Source: a virus
Taxonomy: Duplodnaviria; Caudoviricetes
IMG/VR virus record: IMGVR_UViG_3300045596_000094
Span: 64,001-128,000 of that record
Strand: one strand, 5' to 3'
Length of the DNA: 64,000 nucleotides
Each line of letters opens with the position of its first letter. Positions within the stretch are counted from its first letter, which is position 1. The position numbers and the translations under genes are program-made. Below the pieces are notes generated by a model, which saw only the letters and a program-made list of their open reading frames with translations, had not been told where the DNA came from and made no database searches. This document shows positions 9,787 through 18,889 of the stretch, piece by piece.

Positions 9787-12700
9787 TTAAGTGTTGTAGT
9801 TAATCAACATGTCGTAATTAACCATGCGACGATTATCAACTTCAATACGATGTGTACTTGTTTCGTAACTGAAACCAGCGATATCAAAGTCAAAGGTTAG
9901 CAACCAATAGTAGTTACTGTCCTCGCCACCGAGGTTTACAACATGATTCAAATGGAAGCGTCGATAGTAGGTATCATTGACAGTAAATGTCTCAACAAAT
10001 TGTTGTAACGTGAACTGACGGGTGATTGTAGTACGACTATCGAAATAAGAACCAATAACCATTTGCTTATTGGCAGCAACATTATAAAGTGCCATGATGA
10101 CATTATACGTCGCAGTGTCAAGCTGTAACGGGATAGGGGCATACCAACGATTAGCTGGAGCAATCGCATTCGCTACGAACGTAGTTAAACGACTGGTTCT
10201 ATTCAAATCGATAGTTTCCATTTCCACAGCTTCAGTAAACTCGAAATATGGCACCATGTTTGCCGCACCATACGGTGTTTGAACTAAGGAGACAATTCGA
10301 GCATACTGGGTTGCATCGTTATGCACGTCCTGCCAGTAAGATGCTGTAGGTGGCACGGTGATTGTAGAGTTATGGGTCAGAACTAAGGTATTTGGTCTGA
10401 AGTCATTTTTGACACCATCCCAATCCAAGTCAAATTCCACATTCTCTAGCTTCTCGCCATGGGTAAACTCTAGGAAGCGATATGCAACATCCCCATCCAC
10501 TACCGTATTCTTATCCGCTAAGAACATCGGAGCATTAAACTCAATGAGTACCGGTCGTTCACCGGTTTCCGTCATGATGGTGCGTCGTTCTCGGTAGACA
10601 ATACCATCCTGTTCCGTTAGGGTCTTTATGGCATTCATCGATTGCTTGTTCACGAAGAGCGAAATCGCGTAACGAATACCTGTAGGATCTTCACGGTATG
10701 GGACGGTTGTTTTTACTGTCACAGCCGAATCATTTGTCCAAGTCGTTTCCACCTTAGCCAATATGGTTGTATCGTCCTTAAGTGCGCCCTGGGCTTTACC
10801 CACCGCCATGATATTCGCTGTCAATTGTGTTGGTGTCACTTTCGACATGATACGTGGATCTTCCGGTTTAGCAGCCATGGTGTACTGTAGATAAACCGCT
10901 GTGGTGCCGGTCTCAGTATCCATTAAGTTACCGTCCCAGTCGTAACGATAATTGTATTGGGCATTGTTTGTCAAAGCGTATGCCTCGTCAACAAAGTAAT
11001 ACTCATCACCACTGACTAGGATGTTCGCTAATAACTCATCGCGCATCATTGTTTTTGCAACACCACCAGACAATGCACGCATCACTGGAGTAGTTGCATC
11101 TAATGCGAGAATTTTGTTATAGGTCTTCTCCGTAATAGAGAAGGCTAGCAAAGTACCTTGTGCTTTGGTGCTGTACGGGAACGCTGCTTTATACGTTAAT
11201 CCTGTTAAATACGGAATAACCTCTGAGTTGAAGTATTCTGATTTGTGAGTGCTCTTATCCCATTCCTGCATCACCCACTCAGGGGTGGTTACCGGTGTCA
11301 TTCGAGCAATTTCTGCCATTTCAAATCGCACCATCGCTTTCGCCGTGTACGATTCGTAATAGTATTCAGAATCACCATCAAAGTCCAGAACTAAGTTAAA
11401 CGATTCTGGGATGGTTTGGTAATTTGTCTGCGTAACAAAGAACGGGTTGTTCTCGTAGATTGTTAATGCATCCAAAAACTCTTTTGCTGTATATGACTTC
11501 GACAGGGCATCGTTCTTCCAGATTTGGATTCCCTTGAAGTTATCTTCTTCTGCAACCAATCTCTCTAATTCTTCAATCGTGTCATCTGGGATAACATAGC
11601 TGATAGCTACTGTACGGCTGGCTTCGTTAGTCGGATAGAAAGCATCAATAATCCAAAGGTCATCTTCATCTTGGGATTCAGTCACACGTGCGGTGCGGAC
11701 AACGTTGTTTGCAATTTGTTTCTGAGCAATTGCAGCTTTGACCAGCACATCTGTAGACGGTACAACGTATACTTTAAATGTACGTCCATCGCCAGGTTTC
11801 CAACCCTCACGACGACGAACTACGGTGATAATGGTATTACCGATACCGAACTCTAAAGTTCGAATGTCGTAAGTACCATATACGTTCACTACTTCTAAGT
11901 CAGGGGTATAGCGGTAAACACGTACAGGGTAAATCCAACCACCACGGTCTAAGTCTTGAATTGATCCATTGATCAACTTTTCAGCTGTCACTTTCACATT
12001 CTGTAACTTTATAACCACTTGATTTGATTTGCGTTCATAAGTACGTTTAATCGCTTCCCAAGAAACATCGTCGATGAACAAACCGTAAACAGCATAGTCA
12101 TCTGTCCCTTTACGTGGAACTTGTAACTCGACCTGATAGCTCCCACCAGTACCTACGATGTCATCAATAGGCATGCCCGTCATCTTACCATCAATGAACC
12201 CTTTCTCTGTGAGTGTGTTTAATTGAGTAGCGGTGAAATGAACAGGGGTAACGATCGAAGGTTTTAATTCCTTTACGTTAACTGTGATAGAATAGTTATC
12301 GGTATGCGTTGGAGAAACCAAAGCCGATGCAGTGACATTAATCACACCCGTTTGAGTTGGGTAGTGTTTATTGTCTACGTAGAAATAGAAATCCTGACCA
12401 AGTTGAATAAAGCTATTCATGATGTCGTTACAACCGTAGTTATAAGTCTGTCCATTTACAGCAATAGTCAATGCAAGGGCATTGGATGCTACGTTCGCGG
12501 GATCGGAGATGATGTCCCAAACGTCTACAGGAATGCGGAAAGTATAGCCGTAAGTATTTGTTCTTGGCATCTCGTAAATGATGTCCGCAACATACTCCAC
12601 TTTACCATCCACCGTACGGAAACCGTAAACGATTGGGTTTTCAATTTGATAGTTTTCAATAATCTCTTTGTCCAATAAAGACCGGAAGATTGTTTTCTCT

Positions 12701-15700
12701 ACCAAACTTACAGGCGTGAACGCATGATGGTAATCGTTAACTGGAACGATCTTCGCATATTCGTAAGTCGACGAAGGACCAACAAATACGGTAAACAGGG
12801 CACGCCCATCAGTAGCATCATCAATGACTTCAACAAACCCAGTAGGGCTAATTGAAACAGAAGCCAGCGGGTCTGCTTTCCAATAGATCACTGGATCAGA
12901 TACACGATCCGGCTCGTAGGTCACGGTTAACTGGAACTTATCACCGCGAGTGATTGTTTCAGGTACGCCATGAATTTCGATCTTCGTTGGAAGTTGCGGT
13001 ACGATATTGGCAACTTTACTGAACACTTCACCGTTCACATATACAGTTACTCGGACCTCACCAACATCCACCCCATCAAGGGTAAATGTTCCATCCCCAT
13101 TATCCACCATTTGATCAGGACCTTTAACTTCCATCACTGGACCTTCTGTGATGTACGCATTTTCAGGTACAATCTTGAAGCTTGGTGTGAAAGTTGAAAA
13201 GTCAGGTAACTCATCAGGAAGATTAATTTCCACATCGGTTACTGGGATATCAATTGGGATTTTACCTGAAACCGTCATACCTGTACGCGTATGTGTGAAC
13301 TTAACAGTGACTTCACGCTGAGTTGTGTTCGGAGTGAACAGATTCCCATCAGTAATCTCACCTGCTGTTGCAGGGATGATTTCCCAAGTACCCGTTGGAT
13401 CAGTTGCATCTGCAGGGGTAAATTGCACATCTAAACGACGTACCTTGTTTGCAGGCGCTAATTGTAATACCCAAGGCGGAATAGTGATTGCAGTAGGTTC
13501 AACTGCCTGAATTGCAACATCGCGAGTAGCAGTTACCCCATTGGCAACAACGGTTACAGCAACGGTCTTTCCACCTTCATTAAAGAGCCGTACCATGTTG
13601 CCGTCATAGAGTTCCGTTTCCGGATTGTTTGGAACAATTGACCAAGTAACTGGATCAATATCCGCACCCGCTGGGTCAGGCACAACAGATAGACTCATGG
13701 TTTTATTATCGATCGGTACGACGGGATTAGTGACGATCGTTAAACTACGTGCAGGTTGGTCTACCGGGAAAGCGAATTCAGCAGTTATTCCGTCAACAGT
13801 ATAGCTTCCAGACAAAATCTTGATGTCATCAGCCAGTACTGTGATTGTTGGACCTTCACCGATAATAACTTTCGACTTATCTACGTTATAAACCCATTCA
13901 CCCTCACCAAGGATTGTTGCATTGGTTGGAGTGTGTGTGAGAATCAATGGTTCTGTACGATCACGAACTAATTTAGATCCGGCAATTGTAACAGTCATCG
14001 CTTCCAATGGAACAGGGAGGATCTCATATTCACGTTCGTCAACTTTACCACCAACAGTGTAACGTACTTTAACCAGTTTTCCAATCTGATTACTGGCAGT
14101 TATAGTTGTCCCAGAGATAGTAGCGAATTCCCCACCTTCTACAATTTCCCAAACACCGTCTTTTGGATCAACAGCTGCTGGTGGGTACAGGGCATATCTT
14201 AAAGCTGATGATTCTTCTGAGCGGAGGTAGTCTGGTGCTAAAGCGATACTGACGGAGATAAGCGGTTGGTTCACCTTAACCTCTACAGACCCTACAATCG
14301 CATTAGGTGAGGTGTACTGCACCGTAACCGAGGTAACTAACGGGGAAGTAACTGTTACCTTACCATCCGCGGTGACTGTACCGGCTACTTCTGGAATTAA
14401 AGCCCATGTACCACCAAGATAATCAGCATTAACTGGGCGCTCTGTAATTACGAAAGGTGCCGATTCAACATCGCGGGTCAATTCCTGACTAGCTATTGTC
14501 ATACTGACCAAGACACGTTCACGTATATGAACTGTTTTAGTTACAGTAAACACCTTGTTGCCCAGGTTAGGGTCAGCAGCAAAGGTTGCCTTAACTAAGA
14601 TATCTGTACCGAAGAACTCTTTGGTTGTATGGATAACCTTATTATCGACATCCAGTGTAACACCTTCAGGAATAGGTTCAACTAATTCCCAAGTGAGTTC
14701 GGTTGTAGGGAGGAGTGCATCTTTAGGTACCGCAACAACAGCAAGAGGATAGTCATCTTGAGCAATAACGAAATCTTCACCTGCGATAGCAATACCTGTT
14801 AAATCAGGATATTTAACATAGGTGCTGTCTGATGCGGTCATGGTGTCGATCGTACCTACTACGGTAATGATTGACTCATAAGGAGCCCCATTCAATAGTA
14901 GGCGACCATCCACAACAGAGGCGTTTGCCACAGGAGGGACAATCTTAAAGTCCATTTCTGCAACTGTGATGTATTCAGGAACGATGGTGATCTTAACCGG
15001 GTTATCTGAGTTAGCCTCAACTTGGTCAGGGAGTTCAATGGTAAACTCTTTCGGTTTAGAGGATGCAAACATCTGATACTGTAATAAATGTTCGGTCGGA
15101 TCATTTGGCAGCATGTAACGAAGCTCAACAACGAAGTCTTTCTGTTTCAACGTATATACGTCTATTGAAAGCTTTCCATCTGCGGTGATATTCACACCCT
15201 CAATTGAAGACCAGCGAACATTCTCTAATTCATCTAAAGCCTCATCAGGTTTAATGATGTAAGTCAATTGACGAATTTCACCGTCCTCTACAGCGATTCC
15301 TTCTTTTGCATCGTAAATCGCAACCGTTTTGATGTACGGTCGAGCCAAGGTAATCTTCTTACTTACAGTAACCTGATCCACACGGAGGAATAATTCTACT
15401 TCCCCTTCAAATTTCCGCGCCTCTAATCGACCCCATCCAGAATGATAAACTAAACTACCTTCCTGAACAACCCACCAACTAGAATATCGCGGAGTGTATT
15501 CTGGAGGCATGTGTGTCCACTTATACTGATGCGATTCGTACATCGGTAATACGTCAGGACCTACGATTTGTAAATCATCGATTTTGACTTTCGGCTCAGT
15601 AACCGCGATTACATGATAGACAGTTAAACCATCAACAACACATGTAATCAAATGAGTTCCAGGATCGATCGCTGTAAGTAGACCACCCTCAGTGATGATT

Positions 15701-16878
15701 GATTTATTTGTAGACCATACCGGTGTTTCTACCGGTACATAGTTGGAATCTACGAAACGTAAGCCTAGCTGTTCAGTATCACCGTATTCCAGCTCTGTAC
15801 GCCCCGTAATGACAGCGCGAACTAATACTGGGGGTTCACCAGGGATTCGCACTACCTGAACCTCTAAACGCGCTACAAGCGCATCTACGATAGCAATCAC
15901 CGTAAAGGTGGTCTCAACTGCATCTTCTGCAACTGTAATGCGTCCAGTTTCGGAATCAATACTGATGCCGTCTAGGGTAATATTGGAGCTGATAGACCAG
16001 ATCGGGTAACGAGGTTTGACATACGCCCCGTCGGGTTTAACAATTAATGTAGGGGTTTGTTCTTCCCCTGGGTGCATTAGTGTAGAACCTTGGATTGTGA
16101 TGCTTGTTGGATCAATAACATCGCCTTGGTTTGGATCGAGTGTCACAACGTATGTTGCTTCTTTCCCGTCAATCGTTACCACCACTGTAAATTCTTCAAC
16201 AGTAGCTAAACGGTCAGTATAAACTAATCCAGTATCAGAATTGATATAAATACCCGTAGGGTCATCCGCACGAATAGACCAAACCATAGAGATCGGTACG
16301 TAGTCGGGTTCAACCCAAGTGGCTGAGAACTGCACAGGTTTACCATAACGAATTACGCGATCCCCGGCAATGAAAATAGTTTTTAATACTGGGAACGGAT
16401 GGTCGATATCAAACACACCTAAAGTAACATGCCCTGTATATCCTACAGATGTTGACTTGGCAGTTAGTACGCCTACCTCTTTCTCAGTAGCTCGCCACGT
16501 TACTTCATCTGGATCGATATGTAGTAGTGGTGCTAGCGCTTTGATCGCATCTTCTTTATTGTTTGCAGCATCAACAATATGTCTACGAATACTGTTGAAT
16601 TTACCACCTGCCATACGGACAGCTTGCTCTAAGTCTAAACGTTTAACAAAAACGTGACGTAATTCATAGCGATCATTATCAGGAATTTCAAACAACAACC
16701 CAGGGTATTTATCTACCTTTACATGAAGGATTGTATTGAACTGCCCTGTCTGATCTAAAAAGAAACGAACGTTAACGACTTCAAAATTATCTTCCGTTAA
16801 GAAGTTACGATATTCTTTCTGATTACGCAAAGAGACAAGTGATTGCACTAAAGGCTTGAGTGTTCCGAAATCGAACAT
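9787..16878 (-). CDS. Giant multi-domain virion adhesin/fibre: N-terminal anchor + 14 Ig-like (Big_2-type) domains + six ~160-aa repeats
   Basis: Track ORF to 16893; likely start ATG 16878 (MFDF) with GGAG SD. About 85-aa repeats with 'sitI.g...P.a....v.WS....I...G.l' pattern. Confidence 0.75.
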   Translation of the reverse strand: MFDFGTLKPLVQSLVSLRNQKEYRNFLTEDNFEVVNVRFFLDQTGQFNTILHVKVDKYPGLLFEIPDNDRYELRHVFVKRLDLEQAVRMAGGKFNSIRRHIVDAANNKEDAIKALAPLLHIDPDEVTWRATEKEVGVLTAKSTSVGYTGHVTLGVFDIDHPFPVLKTIFIAGDRVIRYGKPVQFSATWVEPDYVPISMVWSIRADDPTGIYINSDTGLVYTDRLATVEEFTVVVTIDGKEATYVVTLDPNQGDVIDPTSITIQGSTLMHPGEEQTPTLIVKPDGAYVKPRYPIWSISSNITLDGISIDSETGRITVAEDAVETTFTVIAIVDALVARLEVQVVRIPGEPPVLVRAVITGRTELEYGDTEQLGLRFVDSNYVPVETPVWSTNKSIITEGGLLTAIDPGTHLITCVVDGLTVYHVIAVTEPKVKIDDLQIVGPDVLPMYESHQYKWTHMPPEYTPRYSSWWVVQEGSLVYHSGWGRLEARKFEGEVELFLRVDQVTVSKKITLARPYIKTVAIYDAKEGIAVEDGEIRQLTYIIKPDEALDELENVRWSSIEGVNITADGKLSIDVYTLKQKDFVVELRYMLPNDPTEHLLQYQMFASSKPKEFTIELPDQVEANSDNPVKITIVPEYITVAEMDFKIVPPVANASVVDGRLLLNGAPYESIITVVGTIDTMTASDSTYVKYPDLTGIAIAGEDFVIAQDDYPLAVVAVPKDALLPTTELTWELVEPIPEGVTLDVDNKVIHTTKEFFGTDILVKATFAADPNLGNKVFTVTKTVHIRERVLVSMTIASQELTRDVESAPFVITERPVNADYLGGTWALIPEVAGTVTADGKVTVTSPLVTSVTVQYTSPNAIVGSVEVKVNQPLISVSIALAPDYLRSEESSALRYALYPPAAVDPKDGVWEIVEGGEFATISGTTITASNQIGKLVKVRYTVGGKVDEREYEILPVPLEAMTVTIAGSKLVRDRTEPLILTHTPTNATILGEGEWVYNVDKSKVIIGEGPTITVLADDIKILSGSYTVDGITAEFAFPVDQPARSLTIVTNPVVPIDNKTMSLSVVPDPAGADIDPVTWSIVPNNPETELYDGNMVRLFNEGGKTVAVTVVANGVTATRDVAIQAVEPTAITIPPWVLQLAPANKVRRLDVQFTPADATDPTGTWEIIPATAGEITDGNLFTPNTTQREVTVKFTHTRTGMTVSGKIPIDIPVTDVEINLPDELPDFSTFTPSFKIVPENAYITEGPVMEVKGPDQMVDNGDGTFTLDGVDVGEVRVTVYVNGEVFSKVANIVPQLPTKIEIHGVPETITRGDKFQLTVTYEPDRVSDPVIYWKADPLASVSISPTGFVEVIDDATDGRALFTVFVGPSSTYEYAKIVPVNDYHHAFTPVSLVEKTIFRSLLDKEIIENYQIENPIVYGFRTVDGKVEYVADIIYEMPRTNTYGYTFRIPVDVWDIISDPANVASNALALTIAVNGQTYNYGCNDIMNSFIQLGQDFYFYVDNKHYPTQTGVINVTASALVSPTHTDNYSITVNVKELKPSIVTPVHFTATQLNTLTEKGFIDGKMTGMPIDDIVGTGGSYQVELQVPRKGTDDYAVYGLFIDDVSWEAIKRTYERKSNQVVIKLQNVKVTAEKLINGSIQDLDRGGWIYPVRVYRYTPDLEVVNVYGTYDIRTLEFGIGNTIITVVRRREGWKPGDGRTFKVYVVPSTDVLVKAAIAQKQIANNVVRTARVTESQDEDDLWIIDAFYPTNEASRTVAISYVIPDDTIEELERLVAEEDNFKGIQIWKNDALSKSYTAKEFLDALTIYENNPFFVTQTNYQTIPESFNLVLDFDGDSEYYYESYTAKAMVRFEMAEIARMTPVTTPEWVMQEWDKSTHKSEYFNSEVIPYLTGLTYKAAFPYSTKAQGTLLAFSITEKTYNKILALDATTPVMRALSGGVAKTMMRDELLANILVSGDEYYFVDEAYALTNNAQYNYRYDWDGNLMDTETGTTAVYLQYTMAAKPEDPRIMSKVTPTQLTANIMAVGKAQGALKDDTTILAKVETTWTNDSAVTVKTTVPYREDPTGIRYAISLFVNKQSMNAIKTLTEQDGIVYRERRTIMTETGERPVLIEFNAPMFLADKNTVVDGDVAYRFLEFTHGEKLENVEFDLDWDGVKNDFRPNTLVLTHNSTITVPPTASYWQDVHNDATQYARIVSLVQTPYGAANMVPYFEFTEAVEMETIDLNRTSRLTTFVANAIAPANRWYAPIPLQLDTATYNVIMALYNVAANKQMVIGSYFDSRTTITRQFTLQQFVETFTVNDTYYRRFHLNHVVNLGGEDSNYYWLLTFDFDIAGFSYETSTHRIEVDNRRMVNYDMLINYNT

Positions 16879-16919
16879 TTTTAGCTCCATCAATTCACTT
16901 TTATTATTTCGACGAATAA

Positions 16920-16951
16920 TTTAACCCCCTCCCGAAAGGGAAGGGGTTAAA
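16920..16951 (-). terminator. GC-rich hairpin
   Basis: TTTAACCCCCTCCC-GAAA-GGGAAGGGGTTAAA; the plus-strand C/A mismatch is a G-U pair on the minus strand. Confidence 0.55.
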
Positions 16952-17011
16952 CGCTTTATGGGGGGTTAATTTGGTTTGCGTTTACATAACCGAATTAACA
17001 AATTACTTTGG

Positions 17012-17548
17012 TTAAGACGCATATACTGGTGTGGTGATATCAACACGCAATGAGCCTGTATAGCCTACAGACATCTTAGAGAATGTAACCATCACACAAA
17101 CCACACCTTGACCGATTGGTTGCGCTACGATGTCTTCAGGAGTGATCTTCAAGCCAAAACGTGTAGCAAAACCTTCAGCTAAACCCTGAGTGTTATCTGG
17201 CGCTGCTTCCATCGCGAGATAAACCACACCGCCAATACCGTAGGTCTTGATAATCTCATCAGCTGTGATTTGCTGAATAGCGACACCACGTTCAATATAA
17301 CGGTTACGCGGTTCAACGAAGTTAAACGGTACGTTGTTAGCTTCGCGGTCGATACGAAAGATTGCTCGCGCAGTACGTCGTGCGTTACCAGTGATTGGTC
17401 GAACGTCAATAAGTTCTGCGTTCTTTTTCAAACCCGTTTTCTCATCATCTTCAGCTAGGACTAAAAACCAAGAATGTTTATAGTTCGCTTGATCGATGAA
17501 GCGTTGTTTACTTGATAGGGTCAAGTCTAGCCCATTAGCAAATGCCAT
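17012..17548 (-). CDS. Tail/baseplate-associated small protein, paralog of 4261..4788
   Basis: Shares QANYK.SW, R.ANN.PFN..PRN..I.RG with 4261..4788; C-terminal SVGYTG motif shared with the anchor domains. Confidence 0.75.
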   Translation of the reverse strand: MAFANGLDLTLSSKQRFIDQANYKHSWFLVLAEDDEKTGLKKNAELIDVRPITGNARRTARAIFRIDREANNVPFNFVEPRNRYIERGVAIQQITADEIIKTYGIGGVVYLAMEAAPDNTQGLAEGFATRFGLKITPEDIVAQPIGQGVVCVMVTFSKMSVGYTGSLRVDITTPVYAS

Positions 17549-17726
17549 TGGTTCTTTCCTTTTATTCGAATAGGAAGCAACGTGAAAGTTAAACGCCCCG
17601 ACAGTTCTTCATATCAAACTACCGCAATGTGAAAAATAAAAAAATAGCTACGTATTTGTTGGTAGGGTCAAAGAAATACAGACAAGTAACCTTCATGTGC
17701 TCAGTTTGAACGTTCATATAATCCCA

Positions 17727-17752
17727 TCGCTAGAGCCCTAGGGCTCTAGCGA
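17727..17752. repeat. Perfect 26-bp palindrome, CCCTAGGG family
   Basis: TCGCTAGAGCCCTAGGGCTCTAGCGA. Confidence 0.9.
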
Positions 17753-17764
17753 CAGTGGGTAGGG

Positions 17765-18874
17765 TTATTCGGTTTTTGCGAGTAGCGTAATTGGGCGTTC
17801 TGCTGTGACACCGTCCGCAACTGTCTTCAGATTGATGATTGTATTTTCAGTCACTTCTTTGAAGGTGATACGCATTTGCGGTGCATCTGGGTTGAATGGT
17901 TCGATAGATTCCACTAATTCTGGATGGTCGGTACTATCTACACGGCTACGTAATTTGAATGGTTGCAATTCTTCATTACGTACAGTTATACCCCAAGCGT
18001 ATGTGCCTGGGGATTGCACTGAAGGTGCTCCTGCAATGACAACGTCTTTAGCAGGGCCGGCGTATGTATTGAACTGACCAATCGTAACAAATGCTTTACG
18101 ATCTTTACTCCATGCCTGAGCCATTAAACTATCAAACTTAGTTGACTCACCTGGATCAAATGGAATAACAGTTAATTCATTTGGTTTAGCGATGAAGGTC
18201 AGCTCATCGTAAATATTAGAACCGTAATACATAGCAGCTAAGAAACGAACTTCTTCAGTAAGCTTTTCACCGGTAACCACCAAATAGTTCATTTGCCCTA
18301 ACGTAATATCTGGGAGTCGCGTAGCCCCTGTTGGGTCTGTTGTAACATACGCACCAGAGAAATCATCACCTTCTTTAACCCAGCGCGGACCGCTGGCTTC
18401 ATCCTCTTCCGTGGTAATTGTGATTTTACCAGTGAAACCCAATGAAGTTACCTTGGCGCGAATTGCTGCTGATGTTTCAGTAGATGGAAGTAGCTCCAAT
18501 TCGTCCGCATCGAAATTAATTAGTTTCCCGATAGACGTAATAAAAGCGTCCACTGAACTAATATCGGAAACTTTCACACGGTTCATGCTATCGAGACCAA
18601 CACCGGCCTGTTTCATTGCATCCAGCAATGAGATACGTGTGAATGGTACACGTCGTTTAGTGTAGCGTTCACTATGGGGGATTTCTAAAGTTGTTCCAGG
18701 GAACAGATCAATTTCGACTTCCGCAATAGCGTTATATACTTGGCGGGCTTCTGAATAAGGACGGATGCTCAGAACCTTATAATTTTCCTCGCTTAATAAT
18801 TTCGCCAGCATCGGAGCATTGACAGTTTTGACAATGTCCTCGATTTGAGTTGGGCGTTCTAACAGGTTTGACAT
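17765..18874 (-). CDS. Tail-associated protein: anchor domain paralogous to the N-terminus of the giant adhesin + C-terminal Ig-like domain
   Basis: LSEENYKV/LTEDNFEV, FPG..LEIP..RY, R..L..A...AG, TSLGFTG/TSVGYTG. Confidence 0.7.
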   Translation of the reverse strand: MSNLLERPTQIEDIVKTVNAPMLAKLLSEENYKVLSIRPYSEARQVYNAIAEVEIDLFPGTTLEIPHSERYTKRRVPFTRISLLDAMKQAGVGLDSMNRVKVSDISSVDAFITSIGKLINFDADELELLPSTETSAAIRAKVTSLGFTGKITITTEEDEASGPRWVKEGDDFSGAYVTTDPTGATRLPDITLGQMNYLVVTGEKLTEEVRFLAAMYYGSNIYDELTFIAKPNELTVIPFDPGESTKFDSLMAQAWSKDRKAFVTIGQFNTYAGPAKDVVIAGAPSVQSPGTYAWGITVRNEELQPFKLRSRVDSTDHPELVESIEPFNPDAPQMRITFKEVTENTIINLKTVADGVTAERPITLLAKTE

Positions 18875-18889
18875 TTTGTTGCTCCGTGT

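Noticed and set aside
9948-16657. Numerous 60-125 aa plus-strand and alternate-frame ORFs inside the giant adhesin gene
   Set aside because: Shadow ORFs of a long, codon-biased gene; no SD or protein-like features noticed.
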